Shown: positions 57,109 to 64,000 of the stretch, in pieces
Layout: every line of letters starts with the position of its first letter
Position numbering within the stretch: the stretch's first letter is position 1
DNA from: Clostridiales bacterium
Lineage (GTDB): Bacteria; Bacillota; Clostridia; Lachnospirales; Lachnospiraceae
Direction of reading: 5' to 3'
Assembly: GCA_021204045.1 (NCBI GenBank)
Contig: JAJQAA010000019.1
Coordinates: 24,125 to 88,124 of the forward strand
DNA: 64,000 nt
Notes under the pieces: generated by a model
Databases searched by the model: none
What the model saw: only the letters and a program-made list of their open reading frames with translations
What the model was told of the DNA's origin: nothing
Position numbers and translations under genes: made by a program

Positions 57109-57317
57109 GTTTTCTCCTCCACCGGAACCTGCGACTACCCAAACAGACTGCACGCCGCAAATTACGGTTCTTCCATATATGTATTGTCAAGAACAGTCCC
57201 ATTCATTTTATACCAATACATCCGGGCGCTCAAGCACTTTTTCCGCTTATTTTACCCGGTCTTTTCTTTTTCGTTCCTCTTTTGTATAAAAACATGAACA
57301 AAATGATGTCTTTATAC

Positions 57318-57346
57318 TTGACAAATTTTATCCAGTATTATATAAT
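57318..57346 (+). promoter_or_regulatory. Consensus promoter of the Rrf2 gene
   Basis: TTGACA, 17 nt, TATAAT. Confidence 0.6.
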
Positions 57347-57400
57347 AAACCCATCTTACAAAGAAAGCCTGTCGTCAAAAGGCTGCGGGAGACGCTGACA

Positions 57401-57823
57401 ATGATCACACGGGAAACGGATTACGCAATCAGACTGCTGAGAGGACTGATGGATCATGATATTCATACTACGGCGCAGCTGACGGAGAGCGAGCTTGTAC
57501 CGCACGCGTTTTCCTACAAAATACTCAAAAAGCTGGCAGGAGCGGGATACGTACAGATCCTGCGCGGAGCAGAAGGCGGATACCGGCTGGCTGCCGATCC
57601 GGGCACGATCACATTGTACGATCTGATGCGCGTCATGGGAGACGGCTGTGAGATCACTCACTGCATGGACGAGGATTATGAATGCCCCTGGCGCAAAGAG
57701 CACAGGATATGCGCGGTTCACCAGCGCCTCGCACGGATCCAGAACGCGGTAAACCGGGAACTGAAATCCTGCACGCTGGAGGATCTGCTGAGGCAGGAAG
57801 ATAACAGCAACACGGTTTCGTAA
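57401..57823 (+). CDS. Rrf2-family transcriptional regulator with a Cys cluster
   Basis: MITRETDYAIRLLRGL... is a typical Rrf2 wHTH. Cys residues in GDGCEITHCMDEDYECPWRKEHRICAVH could ligate an Fe-S cluster. Confidence 0.85.
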   Translation: MITRETDYAIRLLRGLMDHDIHTTAQLTESELVPHAFSYKILKKLAGAGYVQILRGAEGGYRLAADPGTITLYDLMRVMGDGCEITHCMDEDYECPWRKEHRICAVHQRLARIQNAVNRELKSCTLEDLLRQEDNSNTVS

Positions 57824-57938
57824 AAACAATCTAGATTTTTTATTTTACTCAAAACTGGACTAAATTTATCTACTTTTTAATTAATCAAAAATGATGTAAA
57901 CAAAGTCATTCAAAATAATATGAGAAGGAGGTTTCTAC

Positions 57939-59846
57939 ATGCTCTATCAAACGACACAGGATCACGAACAGCTGCGCGCGAGAATCCGCAGCTTTGCCGA
58001 GGAAGAAGTAAAACCTCTGGCGTTTATGATGGACCAGGGAAATGAGTTCCCCGCAGACGCGATCAAAAAGCTGGGTGAGCTGGGACTGATGGGAATCCCG
58101 TATCCGGTCGAGTACGGCGGCGCGGGACTGGATATCATCAGCTACGCGATCGCGGTCGAGGAGCTTTCCCGCGTGGACGGCGGCACGGGCGTCATCCTCT
58201 CCGCCCACGTATCGCTCGGCTCCTGGCCGATTTTCGCCTATGGTACGGAAGAACAGAAGCAGAAATATCTCGTTCCTCTCGCGAAGGGTGAGAAGATCGG
58301 CGCGTTCGGCCTGACAGAGCCCAACGCCGGATCCGACGCGGGCGGCACGGAAACCACCGCTGTGGACAAGGGCGACTATTATCTGTTAAATGGCGGCAAG
58401 ATTTTTATCACCAACGCCCCGAAAGCGGATACCTATGTCGTGTTCGCGGTCACCACGCCGGACATTGGCACCAGAGGGATCTCCGCGTTCATCGTGGAAA
58501 AGGGCTGGGACGGCTTTGAATTCGGCGACCATTATGACAAGATGGGCATCCGTTCCTCATCCACCGCGGAGCTGATCTTCAACGATGTGAAAGTACCCAA
58601 GGAAAACCTTCTCGGCAAGGAAGGCCAGGGCTTCAAGATTGCCATGTCCACGCTGGACGGAGGCCGCATCGGCATCGCGGCCCAGGCGCTGGGCATCGCT
58701 CAGGGGGCATTCGAATCCGCGCTGGATTACGCAAAGGAACGCATCCAGTTCGGCAAACCCATCGCCGCGCAGCAGGCGATCTCCTTCAAGCTGGCGGATA
58801 TGGCAACCAAGCTGCGCTGCGCCCGTTTCCTGGTTTATTCCGCCGCGGAGCTCAAGGAACATCACGAACCCTATGCCTGTGAAGCCGCAATGGCCAAGAT
58901 GTACGCCTCCGACATCGCGCTGGAGGTCACCAACGACGCAGTTCAGATTTTCGGCGGCACCGGCTTCCTCAAAGGTATGGACGTCGAGCGCATGTACCGC
59001 GACGCCAAGATCACCACGATCTATGAGGGCACCAATGAGATTCAGCGGGTCGTGATCGCATCGAGCCTGATCGGGAAAATGCCAAAAGATAGCGGCTCCG
59101 GCCGGTCCGTGGCAAAGAAGCCCGCGCCCATTACCGGTGTGCGCAAGAGACAGATTTACAAGGGCAACGCGCAGGAAAGCGTAGACACCGTGGTGGCGGC
59201 ACTCAAGAAAGACGGCTATGATTTCACCGTCGGCATCCCGGCCGATACGCCCATTATCCAGGCGGAGCGCGTGGTTTCCGCGGGCGTTGGCATCGGCAGC
59301 AAAGAAAATATGGCGCTGATCGAGCAGCTGGCTCAGGCGGCGGGAGCCGCGATTGGTTCCTCACGGCCGGTAGCGGAGACGCTCAAATATGTACCGCTCA
59401 ACCGTTACGTGGGAATGTCCGGCCAGAAGTTCACCGGCAACCTCTACATCGCCTGCGGCATTTCCGGAGCCATCCAGCACTTAAAAGGCATCAAGGATGC
59501 GTCCACGATCGTCGCGATCAACAAAAACGCTTCCGCTCCGATTTTCAAAAACTGCGATTACGGCATTGTCGGCGATGTAAACGAAGTACTGCCGCTGCTG
59601 GCGCAGGCTCTGGGCACGGAGGAGAAACAGCCGGCGCCGCCCATGGTAAAGATGAAACGGCCGCGGCCCGCCAAGCTCGAACCGATCGGCAAGCGCTATG
59701 TCTGCGGCGGCTGTGGTTACGAATATATCCCGGAAGTGGGGGATGAAGACGCGGACGTCGCCCCCGGCACCCTGTTTGAAAAGCTCCCGGAGGACTGGGT
59801 CTGTCCCGAGTGCGCGGAGAGCAAGGATCAGTTTATCGAGGCGTAA
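57939..59846 (+). CDS. Three-module fusion: acyl-CoA dehydrogenase, ETF-alpha C-terminal FAD domain, rubredoxin
   Basis: ACAD core: [37 protein letters not shown]-alpha block: SSRPVAE...[36 protein letters not shown]-terminal rubredoxin: [10 protein letters not shown]...[10 protein letters not shown]. Confidence 0.85.
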   Translation: MLYQTTQDHEQLRARIRSFAEEEVKPLAFMMDQGNEFPADAIKKLGELGLMGIPYPVEYGGAGLDIISYAIAVEELSRVDGGTGVILSAHVSLGSWPIFAYGTEEQKQKYLVPLAKGEKIGAFGLTEPNAGSDAGGTETTAVDKGDYYLLNGGKIFITNAPKADTYVVFAVTTPDIGTRGISAFIVEKGWDGFEFGDHYDKMGIRSSSTAELIFNDVKVPKENLLGKEGQGFKIAMSTLDGGRIGIAAQALGIAQGAFESALDYAKERIQFGKPIAAQQAISFKLADMATKLRCARFLVYSAAELKEHHEPYACEAAMAKMYASDIALEVTNDAVQIFGGTGFLKGMDVERMYRDAKITTIYEGTNEIQRVVIASSLIGKMPKDSGSGRSVAKKPAPITGVRKRQIYKGNAQESVDTVVAALKKDGYDFTVGIPADTPIIQAERVVSAGVGIGSKENMALIEQLAQAAGAAIGSSRPVAETLKYVPLNRYVGMSGQKFTGNLYIACGISGAIQHLKGIKDASTIVAINKNASAPIFKNCDYGIVGDVNEVLPLLAQALGTEEKQPAPPMVKMKRPRPAKLEPIGKRYVCGGCGYEYIPEVGDEDADVAPGTLFEKLPEDWVCPECAESKDQFIEA

Positions 59847-59860
59847 AGGAGGAATGATCA

Positions 59861-61075
59861 ATGTATTGTGTGCGAGAAGTAACAAACGATCTGTATTGGG
59901 TAGGCGCCAACGACCATCGCCTCACCCTGTTTGAGAATATTCATCCGATTCCCCGCGGCGTCAGCTACAACGCGTACCTGCTGCTCGACGAGCACACGGT
60001 TCTCTTTGATACCGTAGACTGGTCCGCCTGCCGCCAGCTGCTGGAAAACCTGGATCATCTGCTGGCCGGACGCCCGCTGGATTATCTGGTAATCAATCAC
60101 ATGGAACCGGATCACGGGGCCAGTATTGAGGAAATTCTGCTGCGCTATCCCGATGTAAAAGTTATTTCCACGGAGAAATCCTTCATGCTGATGCGCCAGT
60201 TTCATTTCCAGGTGGACACCCATGAGCTGATCACAGTCAAAGAGGGCGATACCTATACTTTCGGCAGCCATACCGTCACCTTTGTGGGCGCACCCATGGT
60301 TCACTGGCCGGAAGCCATGGTTACTTTCGACGTGACCAACGGCGTGCTGTTCTCCGCAGATGCGTTCGGCTCTTTCATCGCCCTGGACGGCAAGCTGTTC
60401 GCTGACGAGGTGAATTTCGACCGCGACTGGATCGACGAGGCCCGCCGCTATCTCACCAATATTGTAGGCAAGTACGGTCCCCACATCCAGCTGCTGCTCA
60501 AGAAAGCCGGCGGGATCCTGGACCAGATCAAATACATCTGCCCGCTCCACGGTCCGGTATGGCGCAAGGATCTGATGTATTTTATCGAAAAATACGACAA
60601 GTGGAGCCGCTATGAGCCGGAGGAAAAGGGCATCATGATCGTCTATGCCTCCATGTACGGCAATACCGAAGCCGCCGCCCAGGCGCTGGCTGCCAGACTC
60701 TGTGAGAAGGGCTGCCCCAACGTGGCCGTGTACGACGTATCCAACACCCACGTATCCTACCTGGTCTCCGAAGCATTCAAATACAGCCACATTGTGCTCA
60801 CGTCCGTGACCTACAACCTGGGCATTTACCCGGTGATGCACAACTTCCTCATGGATCTGAAGGCGCTGAACCTGCAGAACCGCACCTTCGCGATCATCGA
60901 GAACGGTTCCTGGGCCTGTAAATCCGGCGACCTGATGCAGAAGTTTGTCGACGAGGAGCTGAAAAACATGACCGTCCTCAACGAGCGCGTGAGCATGGCC
61001 TCCGCGCTGGGAGCGGATAAGGCAGCGGAGCTGGACGCGCTGGCCGACGCGCTGGTGGAATCTGTCGCGGAGTAA
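59861..61075 (+). CDS. Class A flavodiiron protein (FprA-type; metallo-beta-lactamase plus flavodoxin domains)
   Basis: 404 aa. Di-iron motif NHMEPDHG. C-terminal flavodoxin-like IVYASMYGNTE. Starts 14 nt after the fusion gene, with an AAGGAGG RBS. Confidence 0.9.
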   Translation: MYCVREVTNDLYWVGANDHRLTLFENIHPIPRGVSYNAYLLLDEHTVLFDTVDWSACRQLLENLDHLLAGRPLDYLVINHMEPDHGASIEEILLRYPDVKVISTEKSFMLMRQFHFQVDTHELITVKEGDTYTFGSHTVTFVGAPMVHWPEAMVTFDVTNGVLFSADAFGSFIALDGKLFADEVNFDRDWIDEARRYLTNIVGKYGPHIQLLLKKAGGILDQIKYICPLHGPVWRKDLMYFIEKYDKWSRYEPEEKGIMIVYASMYGNTEAAAQALAARLCEKGCPNVAVYDVSNTHVSYLVSEAFKYSHIVLTSVTYNLGIYPVMHNFLMDLKALNLQNRTFAIIENGSWACKSGDLMQKFVDEELKNMTVLNERVSMASALGADKAAELDALADALVESVAE

Positions 61076-61216
61076 GGGTTACCAGCGAGGATATGTATGT
61101 GCGACATTCCGCATGACAGTCCGGCGGACACAGAGAATTTCTTCCAACTTGTTGGCAGTCTCGACCACTTGATATATTATAATTTCAGCTAAGGAACGTG
61201 GTGAGTTCCCATGTGG

Positions 61217-61262
61217 CAAAAACAAATACCCGGCTGATTTCACACTAGCCGGGTATTTTTAA
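61217..61262. terminator. Bidirectional terminator between fprA-like and queA
   Basis: AAAAACAA-ATACCCGGCT-gatttcacact-AGCCGGGTAT-TTTTAA. Confidence 0.6.
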
Positions 61263-61286
61263 TCACTGTCAATTCATATAATCGTA

Positions 61287-62309
61287 TTATTCTACGAACA
61301 TTGCGTCTCCAAAACTAAAAAACCGGTACCGCTCTTTGATTGCCTCCTCATACGCGTGCAGCACCTGCTCGCGCCCCGCAAACGCGGAGACAAGCATCAC
61401 CAGCGTCGATTCCGGCAAATGGAAATTTGTGACCAGCGCGTCCATGAGCTTAAACGTATAGCCCGGATAGATAAAGATATCCGTCCAGCCGCTCCCGGCG
61501 CGCAGCTGCCCGTCGACCGTCGCGGACTCGACCGTGCGGCAGCTCGTCGTGCCGACGCAGATCACACGTCCGCCCGCCGCTTTGGTCTCATTGACCTTCG
61601 CGGCCTCTGATTCTTCAACTACATAGAATTCGGAATGCATGTGATGGTCAAGCACATTCTCGACCTTTACCGGACGGAACGTACCCAAACCCACATGCAG
61701 CGTCACATGGGCGATCTTCACGCCGCGGGCAGCGATCTCATCGAGCAGCTCCGTCGTAAAATGCAGCCCCGCAGTCGGCGCCGCCGCGGATCCCTCATGC
61801 TTTGCGTACACCGTCTGATAGCGGTTTTTATCTTTCAGCTGGTGCGTAATATAAGGCGGCAGCGGCATCTGTCCCAGCTGATCCAGGACCTCCTCAAATA
61901 TCCCATCATAGGTGAAACGAACCAGGCGATTTCCTTCTTCCACCACATCCTCGACCACCGCAGTCAACAGGCCCTCGCCAAAACGAAGCTTCGCCCCGGG
62001 GCGACATTTTTTCCCCGGTTTCACCAACGTTTCCCAAACGTCCTGGCTTTTTCGTTTGAGCAGCAGCAATTCAATCCTGGCGCCCGTATCCTCCCGCACG
62101 CCGATCAGGCGTGCCGGAATCACTTTCGTATCATTGATTAACAGACAATCGCCCGGGTGGAGATACTCCACGAGATCACGAAAATGCCGGTGACGAATTT
62201 CTCCCGTATCTTTATCCAGCACCAAAAGCCGCGACACGGCGCGATCCTCCAGAGGATCCTGGGCAATCAGTTCCTTCGGAAGATCAAAATAAAAATCTTT
62301 TACATTCAT
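61287..62309 (-). CDS. queA: S-adenosylmethionine:tRNA ribosyltransferase-isomerase
   Basis: 340 aa. N-terminus [19 protein letters not shown], plus [12 protein letters not shown]. Confidence 0.9.
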   Translation of the reverse strand: MNVKDFYFDLPKELIAQDPLEDRAVSRLLVLDKDTGEIRHRHFRDLVEYLHPGDCLLINDTKVIPARLIGVREDTGARIELLLLKRKSQDVWETLVKPGKKCRPGAKLRFGEGLLTAVVEDVVEEGNRLVRFTYDGIFEEVLDQLGQMPLPPYITHQLKDKNRYQTVYAKHEGSAAAPTAGLHFTTELLDEIAARGVKIAHVTLHVGLGTFRPVKVENVLDHHMHSEFYVVEESEAAKVNETKAAGGRVICVGTTSCRTVESATVDGQLRAGSGWTDIFIYPGYTFKLMDALVTNFHLPESTLVMLVSAFAGREQVLHAYEEAIKERYRFFSFGDAMFVE

Positions 62310-63379
62310 TCTGCTTCGTCCTCGATTTCTCCTGTGTTTTCTTCCTGTGTCTCCCCCGCAATTCCATCTGCGATTCCTTCCGCGCTCTCCTCGATAGCTT
62401 CCCCTATGCTTTCCTCCACAGCTTCCTCCAATGTTTCATCCGGAACCTCGTCCGGAATCTCTCCCGCGGTTTCCTCTCCGCTTCCGTCCAGGATCACAAC
62501 TTCTGCCTCTGTCTCCGGCTCCCTTTCGCCCCAGACCGGGGAACCGTCATGAATCACGCCATAAATTTCCCTGAGATCCTCATCGGTAGAAAGCGCCTCG
62601 CGAAGCCGGCCGTTCACACTGGCCGCAAGACGGCGCACATCGTCGCTGCCCGCCGTCTCGCTGACAAATTCTTTCTGCAACTCCGTCATGTCGGCCGGAT
62701 CGACCAGCTGGTAACCTCCATCCGCCGTATGTCTCACATAAGTCCACATGATCATCGGAGCCTTCGTCGACGCCGTGTAAAACCGGATCTCCGCCACGGT
62801 ATAGACAAGCCAGAATTCTGTTGTATCTGTATTAATCACATAGGTTACGATATTGTCAATCGCGTTGACATATTTGGAATTATTGCGCAGCTTCGCGCGC
62901 TCCACCTCGAGCGTTTCCACACCCAGGATCTCCGTCTTTCCATAGAGGGCGCCAAGCGTCTCTACATCCGTGTCAATACGCGCCTGGAAATAGCGCTGCA
63001 TCAGCGAAAGGATATCCGGAATCGAATCCTTCTGGAGCAGATCCGTCACGTAACTGTATGGATTCCATTCTTCCTCATCTTCCTGCCCGGTATCCTGCGA
63101 GAAAGCCTGCGGCTGCGCGTCCGCCGCGTCCCCATTCTCACCATCCTCATTCAATTGCGCATCTAATACTTCCTGCGCCTCTTCCTGCTGCTGATACTCC
63201 GCCCTGGTCTCTTCCGGTAATGAATCCTTGTGATCAGAAACAACGATCACAATAAGCAGGATCAGAATTACCGAAACCACCGGAACAAGCGGCAGAAAAC
63301 GGCGGCATCCGTCCGGCAAAGCTTCCATCAGCCGTTCAAGCGGCTTGTCGCTCCGCCGGAATCTATGATCATTTCTCAC
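62306..63379 (-). CDS. Hypothetical membrane-anchored protein with a strongly acidic C-terminal tail
   Basis: 357 aa, one transmembrane segment ([17 protein letters not shown]), E/D-rich termini. Its stop overlaps the queA ATG (ATGA). No family recognised. Confidence 0.5.
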   Translation of the reverse strand: MRNDHRFRRSDKPLERLMEALPDGCRRFLPLVPVVSVILILLIVIVVSDHKDSLPEETRAEYQQQEEAQEVLDAQLNEDGENGDAADAQPQAFSQDTGQEDEEEWNPYSYVTDLLQKDSIPDILSLMQRYFQARIDTDVETLGALYGKTEILGVETLEVERAKLRNNSKYVNAIDNIVTYVINTDTTEFWLVYTVAEIRFYTASTKAPMIMWTYVRHTADGGYQLVDPADMTELQKEFVSETAGSDDVRRLAASVNGRLREALSTDEDLREIYGVIHDGSPVWGEREPETEAEVVILDGSGEETAGEIPDEVPDETLEEAVEESIGEAIEESAEGIADGIAGETQEENTGEIEDEAE

Positions 63380-63537
63380 ATTACTTACCCTTTCACTCTC
63401 GGACTATCCGAACCCGGTACCATCTTCCCGGGCAAAGACTGCTACCATCATAGCAAAGCCCCGGCCAAAAAGCAATCAATTGCCCCGGCATTTTGCAAAA
63501 AACATTTCAGCCCCCGCAAAAACACCCAAATTATATA

Positions 63538-63566
63538 TTGACTTTTCCGGACAGATTCGATAAAAT
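63538..63566 (+). promoter_or_regulatory. Putative rpsT promoter
   Basis: TTGACT, 17 nt, TAAAAT. Confidence 0.5.
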
Positions 63567-63660
63567 ACAAAAGATGTTTACATTGAACTGTCCGTGTCCA
63601 GACTTTGATGCAAACCTACGCTAACTACGCATTGATATCGCAATATTGGAGGTGAATACA

Positions 63661-63924
63661 TTGGCAAATATCAAATCTGCAAAAAAGAGAATTCTGGTGG
63701 CTGAGACCAAAGCCGCAAGAAACAAAGCGATCCGTTCCAAGGTCAAGACCGCTTGCAAGAAGGTTGAGGCTGCTGTGACGGCTGGTGATAAGGCTGCCGC
63801 CGAGACCGTCCTTCGCGCCGCGATCTCCGAGATCGAAAAGGCCTGCACCAAGGGTGTGTACCACAAAAATACCGCATCCCGCAAGGTGTCCCGCCTTTCC
63901 AAAGCAGTCAGCGCGATGGCTTGA
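63661..63924 (+). CDS. rpsT: 30S ribosomal protein S20
   Basis: TTG start after GGAGGTG. (M)ANIKSAKKRILVAETKAARNKAIRSKVKT is canonical S20. The track ORF from 63646 is 5 codons too long. Confidence 0.9.
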   Translation: MANIKSAKKRILVAETKAARNKAIRSKVKTACKKVEAAVTAGDKAAAETVLRAAISEIEKACTKGVYHKNTASRKVSRLSKAVSAMA

Positions 63925-63962
63925 TCGATCAGAGACTGGCATAAATATAAATTCGAAATCAA

Positions 63963-64000
63963 AATTCCGGTTCACGCGGTGTGGTGAGCCGGAATTTTTT
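63963..64000 (+). terminator. rpsT terminator
   Basis: AATTCCGGTTCAC-gcggtgtg-GTGAGCCGGAATT followed by TTTTT at the window edge. Confidence 0.65.

Noticed and set aside
59858-60841. 327-aa minus-strand ORF
   Set aside because: It is antisense to the flavodiiron protein gene, which has unmistakable motifs on the plus strand.

Overview
Densely coding, GC-rich chromosomal segment that looks like a Clostridia-class Firmicute, judged from gene content, RBS style, and the presence of T-box, glycine and B12 leaders. Most of it is core metabolism, and most genes are on the minus strand. I recognised no rRNA, tRNA, CRISPR array, transposase, integrase or phage genes. Contents, left to right: (1) a V-type ATPase operon in the order E, DUF2764-like, A, B, D, I, with I truncated at the left edge. 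(2) A DUF4317-like gene and a zinc-ribbon gene. (3) A BirA-operator/consensus-promoter unit followed by six same-strand ORFs: hotdog-like, BioY, thiolase-like, adenylate-forming ligase, MoxR AAA+ and CoxE-type VWA. (4) A YitT-family gene. (5) A tandem glycine riboswitch driving gcvT-gcvH-gcvPA-gcvPB-lplA-lpd. (6) An operon with a leader attenuator encoding amino-acid ABC import, a MATE exporter, a 2-hydroxyacid dehydrogenase and an aminotransferase. (7) A cytidylate-kinase-like gene. (8) A GT2 glycosyltransferase broken by an in-frame TAG and read through into a deoxyinosine-glycosylase domain. (9) A PaaI thioesterase. (10) Two DUF4143-type AAA ATPases in visibly more AT-rich patches. (11) A cobalamin riboswitch driving a secreted CbiK-like lipoprotein plus a BtuFCD-like ABC system. 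(12) MscS. (13) An MNT/HEPN toxin-antitoxin pair. (14) A second MATE. (15) larC, preceded by a translationally coupled mini-ORF. (16) ilvD. (17) A pan operon (DUF2520 reductase-like, panB, panC, panD). (18) dgoK-eda. (19) argS. (20) A Trp-specific T-box driving only trpE-trpG. (21) Chorismate mutase. (22) An Rrf2 regulator followed by an acyl-CoA dehydrogenase/ETF-alpha/rubredoxin fusion and a flavodiiron protein. (23) queA. (24) rpsT. The most interesting candidates are the extended BirA-controlled operon, the B12-riboswitch-controlled surface CbiK-like system with its odd repeats and shared domain, and the ACAD-ETF-rubredoxin/FDP pair. All family assignments come from reading motifs by eye. 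No database search was run.
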